Shown here in pieces: positions 52,956 through 60,653 of a stretch of 64,000 nucleotides of DNA. Both the position numbers and the translations under genes were made by a program. Origin of the DNA: Myxococcota bacterium (GTDB lineage: Bacteria; Myxococcota_A; UBA796; UBA2385). Below the pieces are notes generated by a model that worked only from the letters and a program-made list of their open reading frames with translations, was not told where the DNA came from and did no database searches. The stretch covers positions 416,001 through 480,000 of the forward strand of contig JBIJDH010000001.1 in NCBI GenBank assembly GCA_044344255.1. Direction: 5' to 3'. Within the stretch, counting starts at the first letter, position 1. Each line of letters opens with the position of its first letter.

Positions 52956-53960
52956 ATGGCCGACCCACTCTCCGCCTCATTCTCCGCCTCATTCTCCGCC
53001 TCACCGCCCCCGATCACGCGCGCCGCATCCGTCCGGAAGGACATCCTCGACGAGATCGACGAGCTCCGCGTGTCCCGAGACGCCGTCATCCTGGCCCACT
53101 ACTACCAGGAGCCCGACATCCAAGACCTCGCCGACCACATCGGCGACTCCCTCCAGCTCGCCCAGGCCGCGCGTGACACCAACGCCCGGGTGATCCTGTT
53201 CTGCGGCGTGCACTTCATGGCCGAGACCGCCAAGATCCTCAACCCCGACCGCGTCGTCCTGGTGCCCGACATGGCGGCGGGCTGCTCCCTCGCTGACTCG
53301 GCCCCGGCGGCGCGGGTGGCGGCGTGGAAGGCGGCCCACCCCGGCTACGCCCTCGTGAGCTACATCAACTGCTCCGCCGCCGTAAAGGCCCTGTCCGACG
53401 TCATCTGCACGAGCTCGAACGCCGTTCGCGTGATCGAGAGCATCCCGCACGACCAGGGGATCCTGTTCTGCCCCGACCGCAACCTCGGGGCCTGGCTGAT
53501 CAAGCAGACCGGCCGCGAGATGGTGCTCTGGCCCGGTGCGTGCATCGTACACGAGACCTTCAGCGAGCAGAAGCTCGTGGCCCTGAAGGTGCGCCACCCG
53601 CGGGCAAAGGTCATCTGCCACCCGGAGTGTGAGCCGAACCTGCTCCGGCATGCCGACCACATCGGCTCCACCTCGAGCCTGCTGCGCTATGCGACCACCA
53701 CCCCGGACGCCGACACCTTCATCGTCGGCACCGAGCCCGGGATCCTCCACCAGATGCAGAAGGCGGCGCCCGACCGTACCTTCTTGCCGCTGCCGGGCAT
53801 GGACGAGACCTGCGCGTGTAACGAGTGCCCGCACATGCGCCGCAACACCCTCGAGAAGATCCGTGACGCCCTCAAAGACTTGAGCCCGCGCCTCGAGATG
53901 GACGAGGCCCTGCGCCAAGCCGCGCTCAAGCCCCTCACCCGCATGCTCTCCCTCGGCTGA
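52956..53960 (+). CDS. nadA: Quinolinate synthase
   Basis: ILAHYYQ, GDSLQLA, CGVHFMAETAKIL, AGCSLAD, YINCSA, GACIVH, HPEC, CPHM. Confidence 0.97.
   Translation: MADPLSASFSASFSASPPPITRAASVRKDILDEIDELRVSRDAVILAHYYQEPDIQDLADHIGDSLQLAQAARDTNARVILFCGVHFMAETAKILNPDRVVLVPDMAAGCSLADSAPAARVAAWKAAHPGYALVSYINCSAAVKALSDVICTSSNAVRVIESIPHDQGILFCPDRNLGAWLIKQTGREMVLWPGACIVHETFSEQKLVALKVRHPRAKVICHPECEPNLLRHADHIGSTSSLLRYATTTPDADTFIVGTEPGILHQMQKAAPDRTFLPLPGMDETCACNECPHMRRNTLEKIRDALKDLSPRLEMDEALRQAALKPLTRMLSLG
52968..53003. repeat. 12-bp in-frame tandem repeat near the nadA start
   Basis: (C/T)TCTCCGCCTCA repeated 3 times, encoding LSASFSASFSAS. Confidence 0.8.
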
Positions 53961-53980
53961 GGGGGCCGCGGCGCCCGGAG

Positions 53981-54052
53981 GCCCGTCAGCGCGCGGCGGC
54001 CCGTCAGCGCGCGGCGGCCCGTCAGCGCGCGGCGGCCCGTCAGCGCGCGGCG
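53981..54052. repeat. 18-bp perfect tandem repeat x4 spanning the stop codon of a small minus-strand gene
   Basis: GCCCGTCAGCGCGCGGCG x4; stop at 54040-54042. Confidence 0.95.
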
Positions 54053-54225
54053 GCGGCCTTGTCGCGGTTGAGACCGGCCGTCACGAGCTCGAGCACCTTG
54101 GTGGAGACAAGGATCACCTCGTCGTGATTAAGGCCCTGGGTCTTGACCAGGTGCTCGTACCAGCTCTTCGCCAGGCGGGAGTTGCGCTCGAGCAGGAGGT
54201 CGGTCGCGGAGGGCGCCTTGGACAT
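54040..54225 (-). CDS. Small hypothetical helical protein (61 aa)
   Basis: MSKAPS...RLAKSWYEHLVKTQGLNHDEVILVSTKVLELVT; plausible codon usage. Confidence 0.7.
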   Translation of the reverse strand: MSKAPSATDLLLERNSRLAKSWYEHLVKTQGLNHDEVILVSTKVLELVTAGLNRDKAAAAR

Positions 54226-54306
54226 CGGTTCACCGGGCGGAGGGAGGGTGGCGGGCGAAGGGGCGGAGGGATGGGCTCTCGGAGGCTCCAACCCGGTCAG
54301 ATCCCC

Positions 54307-54322
54307 TGCATGAACCGTGCCC
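54307..54322 (-). promoter_or_regulatory. Candidate sigma54 promoter
   Basis: Minus strand GGGCACGGTTCATGCA = GG-N10-GC, close to the TGGCACG-N4-TTGCW consensus, about 80 bp upstream of the small gene. Confidence 0.5.
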
Positions 54323-54401
54323 GCGCTCGCCATCCCAAATCGCCCGGTATTGGGCCTCCATCGGCCACGCGGGTCATCGTTTTGCGTAGCGGGCTTCGCG
54401 C

Positions 54402-54425
54402 GGCTGCGAAATCGTCTTCGCAGCC
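54402..54425 (-). terminator. Hairpin downstream of the TPR gene
   Basis: GGCTGCGAA-ATCGTC-TTCGCAGCC perfect 9-bp stem. Confidence 0.5.
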
Positions 54426-54439
54426 ACGCGCCCTGCGTC

Positions 54440-56452
54440 TCAGCGGCCCTCCATCGCCTTCTGCACCATCTTGATGTACTGTCGGAGGTTCGGGATGTCG
54501 GCGTTGAGGGCCTTCGCCCGCTGGAGGTCCTGGAAGGCCTGCTTGTGGTTCTTCCGGTAGTGGTGGCAGATGCCCCGCCGACACCAGGCCATCGCGTCGT
54601 TGCCGTCGATCGCGATCGCGTTGTCGAAGTGGTCGATCGCGCGCCGGTACTCCTTTCGGGCGAAGAAGAGGTTGCCCATCTCGAGGATGGGGGCCGCCGA
54701 CTTGGGTGCGAGGTCCTCCGCCTTTTGGAAGTCGCTCATCGCGGCGCCGTAGTCGCCGAGCTCCGTCTGGCAGCGCCCGCGCCCGAGCAGCGCCTGGACC
54801 ACGTCCGGCTGCAGGCCGATGAGATCGGTGTAAAACAGGATCGCCCCCTGGAGGTCGCCCTTGCCCTCCGCCTCCCGTGCCCGGCCGAGCCAGCGTTGAA
54901 TCTCACCTTCGCTGGGGCCAGCCATCGGGGTGTGCGCCGGTAGGGTGGAGCCGAGGCGATCGTCGTCATCGGTGAGCTGAGGGATCCGGGCGGCCGGAGC
55001 CTGAACCTCGTCTGGCTCCTCGAAGGTCAGAGAGAGGCCCTCGGTCTCGCTGTCCTCTGGACCTGCGAAGCTGGGGCTCACCCGCGCGATCTCGTCGGTC
55101 TCCGATTCACCGAGCGCGAGGGTGGGGGTGACCGCGCGGGCCTTGCCGACGCCGAGGATCTGGATGGCAGCGGCGCCGGACTCCGGGTCCGCGCCGCCCA
55201 CACGGGCCGACACCATCCGTGGCGCCTGGAGGGCGGGGGGCTCATCGTCCGGGGCAGGGACGCGCGGCGGGCTGGCGCCCAGTCGGACGCCGAGCGCGCC
55301 CGGCCGGGTCGCCGCCGCGCCGGCCTCTCGCGGGGCGGGGAGCGCGTCCCGCATCGGGCCGTCGAGGAAGGGCGAGCGGACGATCGAGGTCGGATCGACC
55401 TCATCGTCCCCATCTGCGGGCTGACCCGGCTCGAGCTCCGCGATCTCCAGCCCCGGCAGGGAGGGTTCGGGCGAGGCAAAGTCGAGCGTGTCGGAGTCTT
55501 CTTCGGTCTCCTTCGGACGGACTGAGGCGAAGGAGGCGGCGAAGAGCGTGTTTGGCCCGATCCCGTGGAGGGTCTCGCTCTCTTCATCCATTCCCCCCGA
55601 ATCCAAACCCTTCGTCTCCGCGCCCTTCCCTTCCACGCCCCCGGCGTCCGTCCACTTGGCTACGGGAGCCGACGGCTCCGCGACCAGCGGGCGAAGGGAG
55701 ACGGTGTCCTCCTCCTCGGGGATCTCCCCCATCACGGCGCGGCCAAGGGGCCGAGCGGCGGGCCGGGCTTCCGGCTCCGGATCGAGGCTCGGCCGGCTCA
55801 GACGCGTGGCGGCGGCGGCCGACCGGGTCGAGAACTGCGGGGGGAGGCTCGGCGCGGTGAAGATCCCCGTCGGATCTTCATCCACATCGGTGGGGTCCAG
55901 CACCACCGCGCTCGCATGCGCCGCGGCAGAACGAACGGGGATGAAGGAGACCTTGGGTGAGGTCAGGCTCAGCGGAGCAGAGGTCGCGAGCGGGCGCTGC
56001 GCCGGAGCGGCGGACGCGATCGGTGCGACGGCCAAGGGGGCCGCAGCGGCCACGGAAGCTACGGCAGGTACGGCAGCTATGCCCGCCACCGGCCTCTGCG
56101 TGGAGGCGGAGCGGTTCGACGGTGTGAAGCGCACGGCCGCCTCGAAGGGTCGATCGACCGAACGATCTCCCGAACGATCAACCGCGCGGCCGACGGGGCG
56201 CGACGCCGAGGCCAGTCCTACGGGCGGCTCGACCGGCAGACGCTCGTGGACGGCGCCCTGACCCGTTTGCTCCCCCACGAAGAGGGGGTGATCGAGGCGA
56301 GCGCGGTCCGCGTGAGCCCCCACCGAGGCCCGCAGCTCCAGGTCGAGCGCCCGGTCGAAGGGGAGGTGCTGGTGCGCGATCGCGGAGATCCGCGCCCGCG
56401 CGGCCAGGACGGTGGCCAGGATGGCCTCAGCGGCTTCGATCCGTTCGTACAT
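54440..56452 (-). CDS. Protein with long acidic/Pro-rich disordered region and C-terminal TPRs
   Basis: C-terminal ALLGRGRC...AMSDFQKA, MGNLFF...AIDHFDNAI, AWCRRGIC...DLQRA. Confidence 0.8.
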   Translation of the reverse strand: MYERIEAAEAILATVLAARARISAIAHQHLPFDRALDLELRASVGAHADRARLDHPLFVGEQTGQGAVHERLPVEPPVGLASASRPVGRAVDRSGDRSVDRPFEAAVRFTPSNRSASTQRPVAGIAAVPAVASVAAAAPLAVAPIASAAPAQRPLATSAPLSLTSPKVSFIPVRSAAAHASAVVLDPTDVDEDPTGIFTAPSLPPQFSTRSAAAATRLSRPSLDPEPEARPAARPLGRAVMGEIPEEEDTVSLRPLVAEPSAPVAKWTDAGGVEGKGAETKGLDSGGMDEESETLHGIGPNTLFAASFASVRPKETEEDSDTLDFASPEPSLPGLEIAELEPGQPADGDDEVDPTSIVRSPFLDGPMRDALPAPREAGAAATRPGALGVRLGASPPRVPAPDDEPPALQAPRMVSARVGGADPESGAAAIQILGVGKARAVTPTLALGESETDEIARVSPSFAGPEDSETEGLSLTFEEPDEVQAPAARIPQLTDDDDRLGSTLPAHTPMAGPSEGEIQRWLGRAREAEGKGDLQGAILFYTDLIGLQPDVVQALLGRGRCQTELGDYGAAMSDFQKAEDLAPKSAAPILEMGNLFFARKEYRRAIDHFDNAIAIDGNDAMAWCRRGICHHYRKNHKQAFQDLQRAKALNADIPNLRQYIKMVQKAMEGR

Positions 56453-56552
56453 ACCACCCTGCCTGAGGTTCGGGGCCCGATGGGCCCCGCACACCCGATG
56501 TTTGTCGCTTCAATCCAGACCTTCAGGGGATCCCGGCGGCCCGTCGCGGCGG

Positions 56553-57140
56553 CTACTCGGCCCCGGGGAGGCCCGCTCTGGCCGGCGGCAGCCCGGAGCC
56601 GAGGGCTCCGGTGGCGCCGATCACAGCCGCCTCGGTGGTCATCTGAGAGGTGAGCCCGCTGATGCTGCTGGCGAGCTCCTCCTTGAGCCGCCGCAGTCGC
56701 GTGATGTTCTCCTCGAGCGTCTTCATCTTGGTCTTCAGCGAGATGTTCTCGTTGCGGAGCATCTCTGCCTCATCGGTGAGGGCCGCCACCCGCTGCCGGG
56801 TGCGCTCGGCCTCGGCGTCCGCCTCGCGGACCTCCCGCTCCAGCCGCTCGACCTCGGCCCGCAGCACGTCCCGCTCATCAAAGAGCTGGGCATGGTTGGC
56901 CCGCACCTGCTCGGCGCTGGCTCGCGCAGCCTCGACCTCGGCGCTCAAGCCGCGCAGCTCGGCCTCCAAGGCGTCCCGGCCAGACCGATGGCGCTCGATC
57001 TCGATCTCGGCGCCGATGATGCGTCGTGTGGTCCCCTCCGTCGATCGAAGGGCGTGGGTGAGCTCGCCCAGACGGGCTTCCAGGATGCTGGCGAGCTCTC
57101 CCTGAATCTCCTGAAGGCGATCCGCTGTGGCGTCGCTCAT
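56553..57140 (-). CDS. Coiled-coil protein
   Basis: Continuous heptad E/L/R/A pattern over about 160 aa. Confidence 0.75.
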   Translation of the reverse strand: MSDATADRLQEIQGELASILEARLGELTHALRSTEGTTRRIIGAEIEIERHRSGRDALEAELRGLSAEVEAARASAEQVRANHAQLFDERDVLRAEVERLEREVREADAEAERTRQRVAALTDEAEMLRNENISLKTKMKTLEENITRLRRLKEELASSISGLTSQMTTEAAVIGATGALGSGLPPARAGLPGAE

Positions 57141-57497
57141 CGCGGCTGCTCCAAAATTCGGTTGATCGCGGAAGGGCAGGTGGCACAAGGCGCCCCCCCT
57201 CCCGATCCAGTTTCTACAATGAAGTCAAGAGAAGAAATCAAGATAACGATCGGGACTAACAGGTAAACACTCAACGGCGGCTTGAGGGGCTGGTCTGGAG
57301 GGACCTGGACCGCCACCGACATGCTCAAATTGGCCCCGTAGGGGGCCTGCCCAAATGCGCACGCCGGAGCCGTGTTTCAAGTTCCTCAGCGCCATGCGGC
57401 CACCAAGTGGCCTCCACGGTACCAGCGATGGACGGCACCTGTCAACGCGCCCACCGCCTGGATAGGGGCTCGTTCGCCCACCAGACGAAGGTTGACC

Positions 57498-57941
57498 ATG
57501 TCTCGGGTGCCCCTGCTCGCCGCCACCGCCGGGCCCCTCCAAGGGGCCCGCTACGAGATCACGGAGGAGGGGATCCTCCTCGGTCGTGATCCCGAATGTG
57601 CCGTCGCGATCCCGGATCAAGGCATCTCCCGCCAGCACGCCCGCCTGCTCTACCGGAGCGGCGAGGTGTGGGTGCAAGACGCCGGGAGTCGAAACGGCGT
57701 CTTCGTCAATGGGAAGCGGGTCACCCGCCCGAAGAGCGTCGGGCCCGGGGACAAGATCACCCTCGGAGACCACGCCTTCACGGTGGAGATGTCGTCGGAG
57801 GAGCAGGAACACTCCGTGACCGCTCAGGTTCCGGCCTCGCTCAAGCCCCCCCCGAACCGCACCCCGAGCGCGGCGTGGATCGCCGGTGTGGGCCTGCTGG
57901 CCGTGATCGTCGCCGTGGTGGTCTACTTCGTCCTGCCCTGA
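57498..57941 (+). CDS. FHA-domain protein with C-terminal TM anchor
   Basis: LGRDPEC, ISRQHA, DAGSRNGVFVNG; hydrophobic C-terminus. Confidence 0.9.
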   Translation: MSRVPLLAATAGPLQGARYEITEEGILLGRDPECAVAIPDQGISRQHARLLYRSGEVWVQDAGSRNGVFVNGKRVTRPKSVGPGDKITLGDHAFTVEMSSEEQEHSVTAQVPASLKPPPNRTPSAAWIAGVGLLAVIVAVVVYFVLP

Positions 57942-57954
57942 GCGCCTGCCCTGA
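57932..57954. repeat. Duplication (period 13) of the FHA gene stop region
   Basis: CCTGCCCTGA-GCG-CCTGCCCTGA; stop at 57939-57941. Confidence 0.65.
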
Positions 57955-58019
57955 ATGTGCGAGGCAAACCGGGCCCCTCCGCCGATCTCGCCGTGGCACA
58001 TCTGCGCCACCGCCTTGGA

Positions 58020-58076
58020 CGTGACTCCAACTTGAGTTACGCAGAGGGACCGCACGTGACCGCAGTCAGAGTCACG
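58020..58076. promoter_or_regulatory. Two tandem 22-bp palindromic boxes upstream of the TrmB regulator
   Basis: CGTGACTCCAACTTGAGTTACG (58020-58041) and CGTGACCGCAGTCAGAGTCACG (58055-58076); consensus CGTGACTC-N6-GAGTCACG. Confidence 0.7.
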
Positions 58077-58090
58077 CCGACGGAGGCCTC

Positions 58091-58915
58091 CTGTCTGCCC
58101 TCCCCCTCCACGAAGCGCTCATCCAGGAGCTGGCCACGCTCGGGCTCGCCCGGAACGAGGCCATCGCCTACCTCACGCTCCTGGAGGACGAGAGCGGCCG
58201 CGGCATGACCGGCTACGAGGTGGCGGCCCGCTCGGGCGTGCCCCGCAGCGCGGTGTACGCGGTGCTGCGCGGGCTCGAGACGAGCGGCGCCGCCTTCTCC
58301 TACGGCAGCGATCCCGCGCGCTTCGCCGCCACCGATCCCGAGCGCCTGCTCGACCGGATGCGCCGCGACACCCTCTCGCGGCTCGAGGGCGTGTCCCGGT
58401 CGCTCCAGGCGCTCCCCAAGCGCAGCCGGCCCGAGCCCGTCTGGATCCTCGGCCGCTACGACGACGTGATGGCGCGCATCGACACCATGATCCGCGGGGC
58501 GGAGCAGAGCGTCTACCTCTCGCTCTGGCCGCGGGAGCTCGAGCGCCTCCTCCCCGCCCTCGCCCACGTCGTCGACCGCCCGCTCCACCGCGTGCTGCAC
58601 TGCCCGGCGCGGGCCGAGCGCACGCCGCCGGGCTTCTCCTGCTGGATCGACGACGTCGCGGGTGACGAGACCAAGGCCGCCTGGTCGCACAAGGCCCTCG
58701 CGGTGGTCGACCGCCGGGAGGCCCTGATCGGCGGCGCCGAGCCGGCGGTCGACAACCACGCCGTCTGGACCGCCAACCCCTCGCTGGTCGACGTCGCCAC
58801 CAACCACATCATCCTCGACATCACGCTGATGGCCTCCCGCCTCGGCCGTGACTGTGTGGGCGACGTCTCGCCGATGATGCGCCCCCACCTCACGGGCGAC
58901 AGCGTCCATGCCTGA
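58091..58915 (+). CDS. TrmB-family transcriptional regulator with probable CTG start
   Basis: LATLGLARNEAIAYLTLL lies in frame upstream of the track ATG; TGYEVAARSGVPRSAVYAVL wHTH; LAVVDRREALIG; GGAGG 4 nt before CTG 58091. Confidence 0.85.
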   Translation: MSALPLHEALIQELATLGLARNEAIAYLTLLEDESGRGMTGYEVAARSGVPRSAVYAVLRGLETSGAAFSYGSDPARFAATDPERLLDRMRRDTLSRLEGVSRSLQALPKRSRPEPVWILGRYDDVMARIDTMIRGAEQSVYLSLWPRELERLLPALAHVVDRPLHRVLHCPARAERTPPGFSCWIDDVAGDETKAAWSHKALAVVDRREALIGGAEPAVDNHAVWTANPSLVDVATNHIILDITLMASRLGRDCVGDVSPMMRPHLTGDSVHA

Positions 58916-60653
58916 GGGAGCCGGGCCCACCCGGCTCGGCCCCTGGGAGCTCCTCGAGCGCATCGGCGCAGGGGGCATGGCCGAGGTCTTCCTCGCCCGC
59001 CTCCGCGAGGCGCCGCCGGGCGACGGCACGGGAGCGCCCGACGCGGTCGCCACCCCCGAGGTGGTGGTCAAGCGCATCCGGCCCGAGCACGCCGATGACG
59101 CCGACTTCATCGAGATGTTCCGCCACGAGGCCACGCTCGCCTCTCGATTCGATCACGAGAACATCGTCGCGGTGCGCTCCTTCGGCGAGCTCGACGGCGC
59201 GGCCTGGATCGTGATGGACCGGGTCCGGGGCCCGAGCGTCTCAGCCCTCCACCGCCACCTCCGGGAGCGCCGAACCCGCCTGCCTCCTCCGCTCGCCGTG
59301 GCCCTCACGATGCAAGTCGCGCGGGCCCTCGAGCACATCCACACCCGCGAGGACGAGCGAGGGCAGCCCCTCCAGATCGTGCACCGCGACGTCTGCCCTG
59401 CCAACCTCCTCCTCGACTGGAGCGGCCGGGCCCGCCTCTCTGACTTCGGCATCGCCCGCTCGGCCCTCTCCACCTGGGCCACCCGTGGCCCCACCGTCAA
59501 GGGCCACCTCTCCTCGATGAGCCCCGAGCAGGGCCGCGGAGAGGTCGCCACCGCCGCCTCCGACCTCTGGAGCCTCGGCGTGATCCTCCACGAGCTGTTG
59601 AGCGGCCAGCGCCTCTTCGCCCGGGCCAGCGACGCCGCCACCCTCGAGGCGGTGCAGTCCGCCCCGATCCCGAAGCCGAGCGCCTACGATCCCACGATCC
59701 CGCCGGCCCTCGACGCCCTGGTGCTCTCCCTCCTCGAGCGCTCGCCGGCGCGCCGCCCGCCCTCGGCGACCGCGGTCGCCGCCGCCCACGAGGCCGCGCT
59801 CTCGCCCGCTCCCCGCGCCGCCCTGGGCGCCTGGCTGCTGGCCGAGCTCGGGGAGGGCCCTCGGCCGGAGACATCCCTCACCCTCCTCCCCCGCTCCCCC
59901 GAAGAGGTCGATGACCTCGAGCTTGACGAGCCGGAGGTCATGCCGGTCACCGTGCGGCTGCCGCCGACCTCCCCGCGCCCGAGCGGCGAAGGCGGGCCCA
60001 CCCCGAGCCACCCCGCGCGCGCCGCCGCCCTCGCGCGCGCCGCCCTCGCGCTCGCCGCCCTGCTCGGCCTCGCGGTCCTGCTCACCCTCTCAGGGTCGTT
60101 CTCTCTGCTCACCCGCGCGCCGTCGGACCGTCCGCCCGCGGCGCCCCCGCCCACGGCGCCCGCGGTCTCTGCCTCGCGCCCGCCCGAGCCCGAGCCCGCC
60201 GCGCCGCCGCCCGAGCCGGCCCTGGTCGCCCCGCGGCCGGCAGCCCCCCGCGCCGCGGCCCCCCCGACGAGCTCCGCCGCGGCTCCCCCGCCCGCTCCTT
60301 CGGCCCAGTCTGTCGCCCCCGCCGCGCTCGCCCCGCCCCGGACCACGGCGGAGGTCGCTCCGGCGGTGCCGCCGAGGGCCGCAGAGGCCGCCGAGACCGC
60401 CGAGGCCGCGCCCGCCGTGGCACCCGCCCCCGCCGAGGGGCCGGGGCGGCTGATCCTCGAGCTGCGCGGCGGCTGGGGGGTGGTGCGCATCGACGGCAAG
60501 GTGGTCAAGGTGAAGGGCGGGACCGCCACCTTGACCCTCCCCGCCGGCCCGCACAGCCTGAAGATCGAGCAGGTGACCACCGGCCACACCGTCGAGCGCG
60601 CCTTCACCCTCTCCCCCGGCGCCGACACCGCGCTCGTCGTGGAGCTCGAGTGA
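58908..60653 (+). CDS. Membrane Ser/Thr protein kinase with Pro-rich linker and PEGA-like C-terminus
   Basis: IGAGGMAEVF, VVKRI, HRDVCPAN, DFG, MSPEQ, SDLWSLG; TM; VRIDG...LPAGPHSL. Confidence 0.88.
   Translation: MPEGAGPTRLGPWELLERIGAGGMAEVFLARLREAPPGDGTGAPDAVATPEVVVKRIRPEHADDADFIEMFRHEATLASRFDHENIVAVRSFGELDGAAWIVMDRVRGPSVSALHRHLRERRTRLPPPLAVALTMQVARALEHIHTREDERGQPLQIVHRDVCPANLLLDWSGRARLSDFGIARSALSTWATRGPTVKGHLSSMSPEQGRGEVATAASDLWSLGVILHELLSGQRLFARASDAATLEAVQSAPIPKPSAYDPTIPPALDALVLSLLERSPARRPPSATAVAAAHEAALSPAPRAALGAWLLAELGEGPRPETSLTLLPRSPEEVDDLELDEPEVMPVTVRLPPTSPRPSGEGGPTPSHPARAAALARAALALAALLGLAVLLTLSGSFSLLTRAPSDRPPAAPPPTAPAVSASRPPEPEPAAPPPEPALVAPRPAAPRAAAPPTSSAAAPPPAPSAQSVAPAALAPPRTTAEVAPAVPPRAAEAAETAEAAPAVAPAPAEGPGRLILELRGGWGVVRIDGKVVKVKGGTATLTLPAGPHSLKIEQVTTGHTVERAFTLSPGADTALVVELE

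Noticed and set aside
53981..54052. Possible CRISPR array (also 27283-27342)
   Set aside because: Head-to-tail repeats with no spacers, derived from gene 3' ends
57200..57290. AT-richer intergenic stretch as an sRNA or defined promoter
   Set aside because: Probably the divergent promoter region, but no convincingly spaced -35/-10 pair or RNA structure was found
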